Assembly (NCBI GenBank): GCA_000002445.1
Contig: CP000069.1
Span: forward strand, 1,536,001-1,600,000
Source of the DNA: Trypanosoma brucei
Taxonomy: Eukaryota
Length of the DNA: 64,000 nt
Direction of reading: 5' to 3'
Below the pieces are notes generated by a model. That model did no database searches. It saw only the letters and a program-made list of their open reading frames with translations, and had not been told where the DNA came from. This document shows positions 37,000 through 50,880 of the stretch, piece after piece. Made by a program: the position numbers and the translations under genes. Each line of letters opens with the position of its first letter. Position 1 is the first letter of the stretch.

Positions 37000-38560
37000 A
37001 ATGAAGTAAAAATTAGAGCAAAATTGTTATTTACTAAGAAACCACTATTTCTGCAGTTTTATTTACCTTTGTTCTTGTCATGTTCACCATCTTTACCCTT
37101 CCTGTATCCACAGACAGGACTAGATTTACCCTTGTTTTTTCCTCACATTTAGTTTCGTCATTATGACTAACACAGTTTACAGTTGTCGTTTTTCCATCTC
37201 CTGTTCCTGCTATTGTGGTTTTTGTGTCTGGTTTAGGTTTTCATTCCTTTGTGGTTGCGTTGTAAATACAACTTGCGCTAGGGCACTGATCGGCTGTTTC
37301 TGCTGGCGATTTGCAGTCGTCAGTTGCGGATCGTTGAGCCTTGGGTTCCGTGTTTGCCACTTCTTGCGGCTGCGCTGGTGTTGCTGCACTGGCTATTAGA
37401 CTGTATAGTAGTGCTGCTCGGTCTTCTATGTTGATAAGCTCGGTTTCGAGTTTTGAGATTTGATTTATGGCTTGCTTGACATCTTTGATCTTTTCCGCCG
37501 CGGCTACCATCTGCTTGTACCAGTAAAGGCCTTGTAATCCGCCGTCTGCCTGTGCTTGCTCTGAATAATCAACGCACAGCTTGCTGGCGCTTTCCTTGCA
37601 TACATTTGTGTCAGAGCTGCCCAAGTAAGCGACGGCTTGGCTCGACGGATTTTTTGTGGCATCGCCGGTTACGTGGCCTATGAAAGTTGCTAGCGCTCCG
37701 TATACCGCTTCTGGGGTGCACGGCTGTCTTGGGGCCTTCTTGCACCCTGTGATGATCGCGCCGTAAGCCGTTTCCTGTTGACTGTCCGAGCAGGCGTTCC
37801 ATGCGCCGGTGTTGCAGCCTTTTACTTCGAATCCGCAAAACTTGGCTGAACCTTTTTCGTCTTCTGCAGAGAGGCACATCATGTCGTGAGCTAGAGATTG
37901 GCCGCTGTTCGGGCTTTTGCAGCTCTGTGTGCGGCTTGTTGCCATGTGCTTAGTGTTCACTGTGACTTTGTCAAACGCCGTTTTAGACTCACCGAACCGG
38001 GCGTTTTGCATATGCTTTGTGGCATCGTTAGTTGCGGCCTTCAGTTCGTTGTCGGCTATGTTTTTCGCTGTGGTCGCTTTTGCGTGTGCTACCCTTGCTA
38101 TCCTGGTTAACTCTAGCTGATACTGGGCCGCTGCTGGATTTTCTCTCTTGGCTATAGAAAGTGTTTGGTACTGGTAATTTTTTCCCTTTGATTTGAGGTC
38201 GTTTTTGATTTTATGCCACTTTAGCCAGTGCTCCCTGCAGCCGCTTTTGTCATCACCTGCCTTTTGACACGCGGCGGCGGCCGCTTCTTCTTCGGGTTTT
38301 GTAATTGCATCGGGAACCGCTGAGATGTTCGCTTGGCTTGTTGCAGCTGCGACAATTTCGTCGATAGCGGCTACCGCTGGTGGTGGAAGTTCTATTGGCT
38401 TGAACGTAGCAGCTAAGTCTGTGCTGGCTAACTGTTGTAATGTGCAGAGTGCCGCGAAATCTGCGGCGTTTGAGGCATCACCGGCTGTTGCTTCTGTGCG
38501 CCAGACTTCTGTTACAAAAAACAAGACTAGCTTTGCGGTGCAAATTATGTTGGTAGACAT
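37000..38560 (-). pseudogene. VSG (type-B N-domain) with an in-frame TGA before the C-terminal block and a degenerate GPI tail
   Basis: ORF 37241-38560 reads 'MSTNIICTAKLVLFFVTEVWRTEATA...' and ends '...CIYNATTKE*'. The frame continues 'KPKPDTKTTIAGTGDGKTTTVNCVSHNDETKCEEK...'. A GPI-like 'SGFLVNNNFALIFTSFMSLVLF' follows in another frame. Confidence 0.7.
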
Positions 38561-39882
38561 CGTCTACGCTTCCTTGATGGTGCCTTCTAGTAAAGAAAAA
38601 TGGTGTAAGCACTGGTAAACCTGCTTTTTCACAGTACGTTAAACGTTCCTTCGCTGCGCCGTTTTTCTCGTGCTTTTTTTCAATTTTTGATTGCCTCGTG
38701 AGTGTATGTTGTTACGGCTCTATTCTTCTGTAACATAGATTAGTCCATATCTATACAGTTGTTAGAGTTTCCCATGATCGCTGTCGAAGTCACCGTTTGA
38801 AGCCTTGAAAGCATCACGCATATTTCTATATCTTAAAATTCAAATCTTATGTTAAGTTTCCATTTGTATTTTGTTGTAATACGGAACTGCGTGAGAAGGA
38901 GATAACCGAGGTGCGTTTCTGCTTGTCACGAAGATGATTTCTCTTATGTTTCCGCTTTTTCGGACTCTCCCTTTCATCATTCCGCGTCTTTTAAGGTGTG
39001 TTCATTCTGACTCTTCTTTCAGTAGTCTTGAATACTGTAAGTTTTTGTAATTTTTTCTGTCATCTGAGGGTCGCTTTTGATTATTATGTGAATCACTCGG
39101 TCTTTAAAGACTTTTAATTTCCCACAAGAATGCCAGTATGAAATTAATTGTGTATTATTAAAAAGATTCTGTGTATTATAAGGTCTATATCACATGTAAT
39201 ATATGCGCGTTTTGTATCAGTTTTCACGTGTTTATTTCTTTTCTTCTGTTCACGGCCATCCAATAACATTCCTAGTCTTAAAATCATTCCACTTGATAAT
39301 ATAATTTTTGTAGCAAACAAGTTATAGTCATTGTCACCATATTTGATGAGAAAACATAGACACTAGATCACACATGTCGAATGCCTTTTTCCTGCAGCTT
39401 ATTTTCCTCTTTCTTCACAGTTGGGATTAGAAACTGCCTTTAGCTAGAAAACCATGGTCGCTAACAACATTTCTGCCGTAGCATCCTTCTATTTTCGTGT
39501 GAAATACGTTCCAAAATTTCCCCTCGTATGAGTTTACTTCTTAGTCCATCGGGCCTCACATTTATTTGTTTCATTATGCATCTACTTTCCCACTCTTTCA
39601 TCTAATTCTATTACAACTGATTGCGTAGCGACTCAATGTGCCTTGTACAACGGACTCTGTGCCTTCATGTTTTCCACTTCCTTCCACTTGCGTACAATTA
39701 TTTCCGAACCCTTTTTGTGTTTTAGTCGCCGGCTTTTCCATTTTTTCTATCTTTCTGCAATTCCTTTCATAATAATTATCCACGTGAGCTCTTTTCACTC
39801 ACCGTCTCTCAATCAGTATAATTCATCCTTACCATTTTTTAAACCCTTGTGCGCTAGCTAAAAAATTCGTTACTTTCCGCCA

Positions 39883-39935
39883 TTATTCGTATATACACAC
39901 ACTCGCAACACATTCCTATCATTAGTATTCATGCT
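39883..39935 (-). repeat. 70-bp repeat (1 unit)
   Basis: 'attcgtatatacacacactcgcaacacattcctatcattagtattcatg'. Confidence 0.7.
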
Positions 39936-40097
39936 GTCATCTCATTAACTAATTTCTATAAAATAAACAATATAAACGACGAAAACAAAATTAAAAAATT
40001 AAAACCCCATCACTCTAATAATTTACACTAACAGCCCACTTTCACACCGAAATTACATTTTTTAAAAGTCCCAACAACTTGCAGAGGTATCAAAAAC

Positions 40098-40114
40098 GTG
40101 TTAAAATGTATCAG
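40098..40114 (-). promoter_or_regulatory. VSG 3'UTR 16-mer (variant)
   Basis: + strand 'gtgttaaaatgtatcag'. Confidence 0.5.
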
Positions 40115-40194
40115 AATTTAACAAAATATATAAAATATTTCCAATATAGTAAATTTGACAAATTTCATAAAATGGATCAAAAGTTCTTAAAGTT

Positions 40195-41732
40195 TTAGAA
40201 TGCGAACAAAGCCACAAAAGCATCAGCCATCAGAATCAACTCCTTATTTAAAAGAATACTTGAATCTTTATATTCTTTTTTTCGATTTTCAGCCACATTT
40301 GCGTTCCTCTTGCTTTTTCTTATCGGAAGCCTTTGAAGTTGCCTCTCCTGCTTCTTTGTTTGCTTTTTCTGCTGCTTTTTGTTTTGCTTTCTCACTTAAT
40401 GTGCATTTTTTGCCCTCGTCGCCTTTGTGGTTAAAAAAACACCCATATTTCGCTAGTTTTTCACACTCTTCTTCGTTTTCCTTGCCTTTGGTATTGCATT
40501 CTTTCTCCTTGTCTTCAGCTGATTTTGGCTCCGTAATTTTGGTGGTGTTGGATAGTTTTTTCTTCAGGTCCACTAGCGTTTTGCTATTACGTAGCTGATA
40601 ATAGCTAAGGATTTCTGCGAGTTTGTCTTCAACGTTTATGTTTCCTAATCGCTGTTCATTGTCTGATTGGGCGACACCAGCCGGGATGATGGTGTCGTCT
40701 ATCGCGTTTTCCAGCTGCTTTAGTTTTTCCTCTTCCTTGCTTACGAATATTTTGTTTATTTTTTCTTCAATGTGACTATTGTCGCTGTCGGCCTTGGTCA
40801 AAACCAACTTTTTTTATCGCCTCTTTTAGATCGGGTCGCGCATCTAGTGCCGCACTTTCGTTTTGTGTGTCCGTGTTTGTTTCTAGCAGTGCGCCGTTAA
40901 CGTCTGTGTAGGCTGCTTTCCAAGCTTGTGTCCCTGTTCCGCTGCCCACCTTCAGGTTGTCTGCCGTTTCCAGCGTTACTTCTTCGTCTGCTGCTGGCAG
41001 CTTTACGTAGCCGGCCATGGCGTAAATGTCCATCGCCTGTGCGGTATGTGCTAGCCCGTCGGTGTTGCCGGAGCCAAGCAGCCGGCATTTGAAGCTCCCG
41101 CTTGTCGTGCCTTGGTGTGTGTTGGCTGCGTTGCTCCCCGCGCCGTGCACCATGTTTTCATAGCCTGTGTCGGTTAGCTTCGTTTTGCTGCGGGTTGTCT
41201 CCGCTACTTGTGGTGGCGTTAGCGCGCAGGGAGTTGCACCTATCTTCCCGCCTGACAATATTTGACCCTGCTCTGCTGAGCTCCCTGATAAGAGGCATCC
41301 GTTGTTGGTGCTGCTTGAAACTTGTTGGAGCAAATTTAAGTATTCGTCTACTCTGCCCTTTAGGTATCCAGCGCTTGACGCCGCTTTCATATGAGAAGAC
41401 AGGCCTATTGATTTGTACTTGGACAGGGCTTTCGTTGCTCTCCGCGTGTAGTATTGTTGCACCACCATTCCTTTTTGAGCTTTGTCGGTTCCGACATTTA
41501 TTTCTACGAAAATTTCGGCTCTAAGCGCCGCCTTTCTCATTGTTTCTAAATGCGCCAATATAGCATTTGCAGCTTTCACGTTGGAACCGGCTACTGTGCC
41601 CAGTTCTTCGCTTAATCCGTATATTGGTTTCCAAACTGTGTTTTTGAACCCAAGGTGCTGCGCGCCATCGACCATGTGCATTGCTAATGCCGCTGCTAGT
41701 GTTATCACCGCCCATCCTAGAAAGCTGAACAT
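40195..41732 (-). pseudogene. VSG pseudogene (at least 2 frameshifts, one at an A7 homopolymer)
   Basis: ORF 40776-41732 reads 'MFSFLGWAVITLAAALAMHMVDGA...' and is the N-domain. ORF 40289-40807 is the C-domain. ORF 40195-40395 reads '...EYKDSSILLNKELILMADAFVALFAF' and is the GPI signal. The junction near 40797-40810 lies in 'gataaaaaaagttgg'. Confidence 0.8.
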
Positions 41733-43244
41733 ATTGCTGGCTTTACCTTGCTTGCTATTGCTTCGGCTGCTCTACCTTTTTATTTAATAAAATAAAAGAT
41801 TTTATCCGGATACTTCAGTTCCCCTAACGTGCGTTTGCGAGTTGTACTTGCGACATATTCCATGAAGCGCACGTATAAATCTCATAAATCACGGGAAAGA
41901 TCAAATGAGCATTTAAACATTATTCGCTGACACATTCCTTTCGGAACATGTTCATATATAAGAGTAACATAGAAACAGCTCATTCAACTCCAAAATCCGA
42001 CTAACGTTATTTAATATACATATATTATTACACTTTATTCGCTTGTGTTTTTCATATGTTCAACGTGTAAAAATGTTGGTTTCAGCGCAGAAGCCCATGG
42101 CCACTATGATCAATTTTTATGAAAAATTGTTTTTTTGACACATTTGCACTTAAAAAATCAATCTATATATAGACATCTCAATTTCTGACTCAACCTGCTT
42201 CTGTTTATATACCGTATTAAACTTTTAAAACAGGACTATATTTATACACTAAAAAATTCAAATATTATGGTTGATAACCTAATCTTTTTACCGGTAACTT
42301 TTTGTTGCTTCACCCTCTTCAATAACAATATAATGCATCTGTGTTTTGTAACCAAGGTTTTAGTTGGCATTCATCCTTATTCTAGCTCCAATTCGATTGC
42401 TTGTGTTTAAGAATCCGCATCTTTGACAACGTGCATGATTTCTCTATCTGTTTCTACTTCGTTGTTCTTGTCATTAAATGGAGAAAGCCTTTATCCTAAT
42501 ATGGATCACTTGATAAATGAATACAGTCAATATTTCCAGGTTTTCTAGCATGGAATTTCTGGCATATCACTATAAATGTTTTAAACATCATAAATAATCC
42601 TCTAATACTTTACACGTACGCTAGGTTAAGCACTTTACAGTTTCTATTCTTTTTTGTTGTCGACTGTAATCCATTGGTAGTCCTATTTTTAAAAATTTCC
42701 CCAGACAATATTATATTTTTATACACAAATATTGGCCATCTTTGCTATATATTATTAAAAGAAGACTTAAACACCAACTCATATTTATTCAATTATTTCT
42801 TTTCATGTTTTTTCTTTCACAGCTACACATTACAATATGCCATCCGATTAAAAACTACAATAGCCTCCACCATCTTTGCAAAAACATCTATTCACTTCTG
42901 TGTCAAATTAATGTCATTACTTGCTCCTCCTGTATAACTTCTTTTGTAATTCTCTCTTCTACATCCACCAGCCTCAATTTATATTGCTTCCGCTTTTTTG
43001 TCTTCTCTTGCTTATTCTTCTAATAATGCAACGAATATATTTGATCAGCACACTGCACTCTTTCTTTTCCTCATCGCACCTCAATCATTTCCTCGTGTAT
43101 GATAAATCTTATCTTCAGATTGCGTATGAGACTGTGCATATTCTTTCTCCTTTTCTTATTCATTGCCTCACTTATCCCATTTTATACTTACAATTTTTAT
43201 AAATACTTCTATATTCACAACTTATTTAGTCTTAACAAATATTT

Positions 43245-43320
43245 TTATTATAATATTCGTATATGCACACTCACAACACTGTACTATTATTATTATTATT
43301 GTCATTATTATAACTACTAT
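43245..43320 (-). repeat. 70-bp repeat (1 unit)
   Basis: 'attataatattcgtatatgcacactcacaacactgtactattattattattattgtcattatta'. Confidence 0.75.
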
Positions 43321-43579
43321 AACCTTTTCGAAATATATAAAAAAATAAAACAAATTAGAATGGCACTGATTTTTCATTCTCTATCAATCAACTGATTTAT
43401 ACACAGGTTCCGCTATCATAAACGTTTTGCTAAAGTTTTGAAATTTTTTTTTTTTACTAATTTGCATATGTGAATAAAAAAGTGTTAAAATAAATCAAAT
43501 TTAAAAATTTAAGAAAGTTCTCTCGAATTTAAAAAGTCCATAAAATTTAGCAAAAATTCTTAGATTACTAGAATACTCA

Positions 43580-45130
43580 CAAACTCACAAAAGAAGTAGC
43601 GATGAGATTAAATTTATTTTTCACAAGAAACCTACCAGATCGAAATTTGTCCGTATACTTATCTCTGTCCCCTTCACTTTCCTTTTCCACAGTTAATGTT
43701 TTTGCCACCCTTTTTGACTGCCTAACATGCGTTCTTGGCTTGATAACTAGAGCAACTTTCCCCTGATGTTTTATCCCCGTCTTTATTTAAATCTGTTTTG
43801 TCTTCTGTGTTTATTTGGTCTTGTGTGTTTTTATTTGTTGAATCGAGATTGTCGCTTTTTGTGACGGCTGCAAGCCTTTTTAGGGTATTGTTCGCTTATT
43901 CCGCTGTGGTTATGCTGTCTATGTCTACCGTTTGCACTTTTTTATACTTGAAAACATTAACTTTTTTATTTTGAACAAGATTCGTAAACTTTTAGGTGTG
44001 CGCTTCTGTATCTTTGCCATATGTCTCTTTTAGAAAGTTAACCAGGGCGGCGTTGTTATGTGCCTTTATCGGGTCTGTTAGCTGTTGAAATAGGGGGAGG
44101 AATCTGCTTACAGCTTTTTGGATGGTGCTGTCTTGCGATAGAGTCAGCCCATCTAAAGCCGGAAGCTTGTGGGTCTTTGGCGTGTGTTTCAAGGCTGTGC
44201 ATATTATGTGTCCGTAGTATTTTTTGTGATCATCGGTTTTAGTTTCAGAGGCATTTGCTGTATTGCATTGTTTGCTTTTATCGCCTTCCGTGTACATTTC
44301 TAGTTTTAAATGCAGGTCCGTCAGTTTTGAGAGCTGATTCCCTGTTTTTGTTAGTGTTGGGTTGAGGTTAGTCATGTCGACCTGCGTGCAGGCGGTTATT
44401 GCTGCGCTGAGGTGGTTGGCTTGTCTGTGCTGCCGGTGCAGCTGCCGCCGAATTTCAGTGTGAGAGTTGTGTCTGGCAGTGCTGTGTGCAGCTTGTCGGC
44501 GTCTAGGTACGGTAGTTTCAGCAGTTCGGCGGGTTTCGGTACGTGCCCGCTTATTTTACCGTGTCTGAGCGACGTTGCCGGTTCGCAGTGCAGAGTGGTT
44601 CGCATCTTCCCTGTTACTTCCGCCTTTACTGTGTGCACTTGGTCGAATAAGCGCTTCGCGTTGGTTGGTGTGTTGACGGCGTGGTCGCTGTTAGCTAGTG
44701 CAATAGCTGCCGACGCCACTTGTAGCTGTGGCTGTACTTCTTGAATCGCGAGGCTAACTGTTCGTTCGGCCGCTTGTTGTTGCGCTTCTTCGGCTTCTAA
44801 TATTTCTTCTGCTTTTGCATCCTCGTGGAGATTAGGCAACTTTCTGTATCGTCTGTTGTTGCGGCTGAGGCCAATCTGTACCTCAGTTTCTCCTGTCGCA
44901 AGGCTTTCAGGTTGGCATCGTCGTGGGACAGTTTGCGTTGGAGATTTTTCTTTCAATTTGTTGAGGTAAAATTAAAGGTGGCACAGGTTCGAGGTGCTAC
45001 TGCAGCCTGTTCCTCTTCTGTAGACGCAGGTACTGCGAGCTTCGATGCCAGAAGAAGTAAAACCAAGTATATGTTCATGTTGGGCGCTGCCGACTTTTTT
45101 GTAGTGCTTATGTTGCGTGCAGGCTGGAGC
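43580..45130 (-). pseudogene. Heavily decayed VSG-like pseudogene
   Basis: Minus-strand reading shows a signal peptide 'MNIYLVLLLLASKLAVPAS' at about 45076, followed by a stop. ORFs 44396-44956 and 43992-44375 look like an N-domain ('...NLNPTLTKTGNQLSKLTDLHLKLEMYTEGDKSKQCNTANASE...'). There is a GPI-like tail 'SGRFLVKNKFNLIATSFVSL*' at about 43590-43650. Confidence 0.5.
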
Positions 45131-45699
45131 GTGCGGTGCTACCTAGCGTTGACTGGGGGTGATGAATGATTCAAATGAAGGAAAAAAGAGGAGAGTTTTA
45201 GACTATGCATCTTGTCTCTTCACTGAAAGTGCGATTGCTTGATTTAGGTTGTGCTTCTTTTGTTTACATTGTTCCTTGGTTATTTAAAATTATAAGGTAC
45301 AATCTTTCGTTTAACATGCTTCTCTGTCTGTATGCTATATTGTAAAGCTGCTACAGTAGATTTGGTTCTTTTAATAGTTGCCACAAAGGCAGTTATTTCA
45401 TCTAAATAATCTCAATTTTTATATTTAACTGATGCCATTCTATATCGATGTATAAAACATTTATCATTTATTGTCTTTGTGTGCTGGTAATGCAGTTCAG
45501 CTTTTGATTTCTGTATTTATCTTCAATTAAGGTTCAGAGCCGGCACCTCTGTCGTACATATTTTCTTCAGTATTTTTTCACTGTTATCCTGGCTTAATGA
45601 TTTTTGTTCTCGGTGCACGTTTTCCAGCTGCCGCCATGGAAGTTTTCTACTGCGAAGCCACACGGCGACTTGCCGGTGGTGGTTGCATCCGTCACACAC

Positions 45700-46375
45700 A
45701 AACAAAAAAAGTCGTGTACCAAACTCATTTCTGCGTGTGGATGTTTGCAGCCGTTGTTTCTTTCACTGCCTTTGCCGTGGCCAGCATTTGGCCCGCCTTC
45801 TACCTTGGTTTTGCCACCGCCAAACTTGGCGTTAGTTAGCTTTTGCGTCGCTGGGAATTTGTCGGGTTCGCCGCGTTATCGGCTTTCTGATTGAGTTGGT
45901 TGTCGGTTGCCGTTGCCTCCGCTTCGATGTCTTGTAGTGTTGCGCTGAACCCTGATGCTGCTTTGTTCCTACGTTGACTTTCTGATAGTGACTTGAATTT
46001 TAAATCTTGAGCTTGTTTCGCCGCTTTTTTGACAGTTCGCCATTTTCCCCTGTACGCTTTGCACTCATTATGTTTGTATTTTTGTTGGCTGCATGTTTTT
46101 TGAGCGGCGGCCGCCTCGTACGCGATGTCGTCTGCAGGTACGATGGTGATATTTTTCGCATTTGTCGTTGCCGCTACAATTTCTCATATTTCGTTGATTA
46201 CTGTGCTTGGAACCGCTATTTTTAGATATGCTTCGCTGATTTTGCCGGATGACTGCCGTTCAAGAACACACAGTGTTGCAAAATCTGCCACGTTGATGCC
46301 GTCCGCTCGTGCAGCCTCGCAGCGAAACATACTACTGCGTAACGACAAAGCTAGCGCCAGTATGATATTAATCAT
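45700..46375 (-). pseudogene. VSG N-terminal fragment (signal peptide plus part of a type-B N-domain, with an in-frame stop)
   Basis: ORF 46184-46375 reads 'MINIILALALSLRSSMFRCEAARADGINVADFATLCVLE...'. It continues after a stop as '...EIVAATTNAKNITIVPADDIAYEAAAAQKTCSQQKYKHNECKAYRGKWRTVKKAAKQAQDLKF...', which is colinear with the N-domain of the VSG at 37241-38560. Confidence 0.55.
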
Positions 46376-46927
46376 GTCTTCAGTTACTTGCCTGCTGAGG
46401 TAAACTTAAAGAAAGCGTCTCTAGTGTTTGTAAGTAAATGATATGCCTGTTATAGAATTACGCATCATGTTAATGCTCTCACAAACCACTAACCTATTGG
46501 CAATCACTACTATTGGAAGCTTCGGCATGCTTTTGTTGGACCACCAAAAGTGTCCTTTGCGCATTTTCTGGTGGCGCTTCTTGTTATAGCCGGTTTTTTA
46601 TGGTCGTTCTTTATCTCCGTTGTCGGAAACGTAGTTTTTCATGAAGGATCAATCAAATCAAAGTAAAGTAAGATGCGCAGATGCTTTTGGTCTGCTCTAT
46701 ATGCAGCATAGGAACACTGTCTGTTTTCTCTGCTGCAAACGAGCAACCTTTTACGCTTCCGCACTTAACGAAGGTATTTCTTTAGAACCCTGCGGGTTGT
46801 GTGCTTAGTTTTTTGTTTTGCGACTCAGTTTCGCTGATCGGCTATTGTTTAATATTACTTTGTCTGCCTCGGCAAGCTTTTTTGTTGCTTGCTTCTACAT
46901 TGGCCGCTTTTAAGAATGGAACTACCG

Positions 46928-46951
46928 ATATATATATATATATATATATAT
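46928..46951. repeat. (AT)n microsatellite, about 12 units
   Basis: 'atatatatatatatatatatatat'. Confidence 0.95.
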
Positions 46952-47646
46952 CTGTCGCGTTTTGTCAATAAATCTTGTCAAATCTCATCTTATACAATTA
47001 CAATCGTATAATTTGTTACTCTTCTGTCATGCTTTGCTACCCGTTTTATTTTACGCTCGGTGTGATTGCTTCAGCCTCTTCTTCTCATTAAACTTTAAAA
47101 AAGGACGCTTTTAGGCTTATAATTTCCCACTTCAACTTACAAGTTATACTATATTCATCTCTACTTGCTTCTATTAGTCGCTCAATTTACCCTTTCATCC
47201 ATTAAAATATTGCATTTTGAGGTATGCCTGGAAATTAAAATCGTATGGTTATTAAACTTCTTTATTTGGCGCTAATTTTTTGTTTATAGATGCGAATTGA
47301 GAAATATCCAAGTACTGCCGTTTCTTCTACCAAACATAACTGATTTTTTGTCTCTTTCATTCTGTGTTACTGTATTTCGCTGTCTATTAAGACTGAATAA
47401 TTTTGCTCCAGAACTATCTTCATTTCTGGTTCTTCTCTATTAATAAGTGGTCGTTACCTGCGGGTTACCGCCGACTTTCATGAAACTTATTCGGCCCTTA
47501 ATAGTGTTAGCGGCTGCCAATTTTGAAAGTTATCGTGTAGCTGAACTGCGGTAGTACCTTCGCTGGTTCAGTTTTTGATGCGTATTGCAGTTTTTTCCAC
47601 AGCTTGCTTCCTACGGCTGTCGGTTTTGTTGTTTGTTCATCCACAT

Positions 47647-48174
47647 TCATTTTCGCGCCTTTTCACGTTTGCACATTTGGTCTGCTTGTGTCGGAATGCC
47701 GTGTTGGACGTTAATTTTGGCCTGTGTCCCTTGTTGGAACGGATGGCTTTGCACAGAATATGTAGGCTGCGCAGCTAAATGAACTCCCATCAAATAACCA
47801 TGTCGCTTTTGCAGCAGTCCGCTAGCTTTTTGAATCGCCGTGAGTCGGGCTTGGTGTTGGGTTATCGCCTCGATCCCAGCGGCTGCTGCTACTTCGTCGG
47901 TAGCCGTAAGTGTTGGACTTTTTCCGCTGTCGCTTTCTTTTGCTGCTTGTAGGCGCCATATTGCTGGCTGCGTTAGTATTTCCTTCGCATTAGTTGCTGT
48001 TTCTGTTGCCTTTTGCGTATAGGCCTTTGCTTCCGCCAGCGAGAACGCTGCTTCAAGGCACGGTGTTGTCACTTTTGTATGCTCTACATCGCCTGTTGTG
48101 TCTGTGACTGCTGCTGCTGTTACAGATGCTATGAGTAGAATTACACTGCTTTTGAGTTCGTAGGAGGTGTGCAT
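47647..48174 (-). pseudogene. VSG N-terminal fragment (type-A-like), truncated
   Basis: ORF 47647-48207 reads 'MHTSYELKSSVILLIASVTAAAVTDTTGDVEHTKVTTPCLEAAFSLAEAKAYTQKATETATNAKEIL...'. No downstream continuation is visible. Confidence 0.55.
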
Positions 48175-50280
48175 CTTCCGCTGCCTTACACATCTCTGTG
48201 GCTGCATAGGCGCTGGTAGAGAGATTTTATCACTCTTTTATATTGGAGAGTATTATCAACGCCTGGTGTATCGTTGAGGCTTCTGCTCCCAGTTTCTCTC
48301 AATCTTCTTCCAGGTTATTGCTGTTATTTTTTTCTTGGTAGTCGGCTACAGCTTCAAGCCTGCTAAGGTTAATTTAGGAGAAAAATGTACGTTAGATGTT
48401 GAGTTCAGCTGTTTTCTTTGATTTGCCGAGTTGGCTGTTGCAAAAGGTTAGAAATACAGAAAGCTGTAAAGATCATAAAATTAATTTAGGAAATGTACAC
48501 ACATCACTATTTTTTACTGTCCGGTTGGATACAGTTGCATTATTAATAGTTTCCTTATTTTCATCTACTGGAGCTGAAATTTAAGCTGTTTTCACGTCTT
48601 TAATTAGGCGTTTGTTAGAACAAAAATGCATGCTTTCATGTGATAACTCTTTCAACATTCCTAATAGTAGGAGTCACTAAAACTAATTGCTTTTACACTA
48701 TTTTGTGGTTCAAAAAAGCTGTTATCGCCGTTTTTTGTTTTTTGTTTGGATCCGCTATTCTGCTCGGTGTTGCTCTGTTTAAATTTTCTGCTCATTGTTG
48801 AAGCTTTTGTCGTAGCTCGGTGCACCGGTGCAAATGAATGCTTGTCCTTTCATAGTCAGTATCATTTTTGCTATTGAGGGACTAACTTTTAAACGAATTA
48901 TGCGGTCTTTCTCAGCTTCCTTTTCAACGATAAATTGATGTGTATTCACAATAACACTTTAGGTTGATATATGCGTTCTACGAATAACTCGTGAGAGAAT
49001 ATTGAAAATGGTGCGCTTGGTCGCCATCTAAATGTGCAGCCTTTTTGCTATAACATTATTTTATTCATTTCTTTTCGGATATTTTGTCACAATTTATAAA
49101 TATAAAAATAATGCAAATACTTAAATTATCACCCAAAATGATTGTTTTTTTCATATGGTCAAGTTGTAAAAAGGTCGGTTTCACGATAAAAACTCACAGA
49201 AATAATGAAAGATAATTCACCTAAATTTCGTTTTAAGACAAGTTTTCGCTTTAAGGTCTAATCTATATCATCTTATATCTATATCTAAAACACCTAATAT
49301 TTATGGCTGTTGTGTGCCTCTATGGCAGTACAACTCTCGTTGTGCGGTTTCACCTTAAATGACTATATAATTCTGACTTTTCTGCCTCACGCATGTTCTT
49401 TGTTACTTTTTTACTTTGTCCTTTTATCCTGCTTTATTGTCGATCTCTTTAGTTTTTTCTTGGCAGTTGCGGCATTATTCCACTAATTTGCTTTGACAGG
49501 TGTGATTATACTCCATCAATAACGCATTAGCATGTATGCTTATATGAATTAGACGCTCCTTGAACTGGTAAAGCGGTTTTGTCATTGAGCCAGTAGGTGA
49601 GAGGCAGTGTATTATTTTAAACTTTCTTTTCTTCATAAAAGTTCATCGGGACATGCATACATGCGCTACTTTAATAGTTCCTGCGTTTCTATTGTTATTT
49701 TCCTACGGTCAGTAATCTGTTCAAAGTCCTGGTATTAACACTATCTTCTCGACAATATTATACATTTTCTCATAAATCTGATTAATTATCGCTATATCTT
49801 TTGAGAGAACCTCGATATTACCTAACACTAACCTAATCTCCTCAATCTACCCGGGCATCTTTTCACCTTCCGACGTTATGGTCTGCGAGCACTTCTGCTG
49901 TTGCACCTATCCATTTTTCTGAGAAATAAAGGCTTTCACCACCTCTTCTTCTTATTTCTCTTGATGTGTTATATTTCTCTCAGCTGTTTTGCGTTATATA
50001 TTGTGTCATTTTATTCCGTATTTTTTCTCCTTTTATCACTTGTTACGCGGACAACTTACCGACTCTATCGTCCATATAAATTGCACTCTGCTTGTTTTTC
50101 GTTTTCCCTTACATCACCTGCTTAATTATGATGATTATCAGAGACATCACTGTGTTTAAATAAGCGCATATTATATATCTATTCCTTTTTTGTGCGTCTC
50201 CTCAAAAAAATATATTCCTCTTCTACTCCCGCTCTCACCCATATTTCATCCTCGAAATTGGTTTACACTTTTTTACTTTA

Positions 50281-50340
50281 GACACACACTAGGTTTCACA
50301 ACACTCTCCTATCATTATTACCATTATTATTATCATTATA
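50281..50340 (-). repeat. 70-bp repeat (1 unit)
   Basis: 'cacactaggtttcacaacactctcctatcattattaccattattattatcattata'. Confidence 0.7.
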
Positions 50341-50495
50341 GGCCTAACTTTCATGTATTTAACAACCATAATAAGCGAAACTCAATGTTTTTCATAATTT
50401 CACTGATTTTTCATACCATAACTCTTTATAATTGTTTACATATAGGCTATTTTCATACATTTAAAAATTTCACATCTCGCAAAATTTTTACAAAA

Positions 50496-50512
50496 GTGTT
50501 AAAATATATCAA
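50496..50512 (-). promoter_or_regulatory. VSG 3'UTR 16-mer
   Basis: + strand 'gtgttaaaatatatcaa'. Confidence 0.65.
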
Positions 50513-50589
50513 ATTTTCGAAAAAATTTCAAAATTGCAAATTTCATAAATTTAATTGAATTTAAGTGGAGAATTTTAAAACATCGCACT

Positions 50590-50880
50590 CACAAAGCAGA
50601 AGCCATCATGATTAATTGTTTATTGATCATTAAACTGAAATCACGGCATTTATAAATGGACTTATTAGATCCATCACTATTTTCTCCTTTCCAGCCTCAA
50701 ATACTGAGGGCAGAAGGTGCAAATCCTTTGTTTTCATCCTCATAAGCTTGTTGATTAGTGCCATGTTGGGTACACCTATCTTCTTCCCTAATCTTTCCCT
50801 CCTTCTTTTACTGTTTCTTTTGCTGTTGCGTTTTTCCATCCTCACTCAATGTGCACTTTTTACCATCGTTTTCTTTAGGA
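50590..50880 (-). pseudogene. VSG C-terminal-domain remnant
   Basis: Minus-strand reading gives 'KCTLSEDGKTQQQKKQ*KKEGK...CTQHGTNQQAYEDENKG...SLMINKQLIMM'. It has the C-domain cysteine spacing and a degenerate GPI tail. The upstream part is replaced by an A-rich sequence. Confidence 0.45.
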
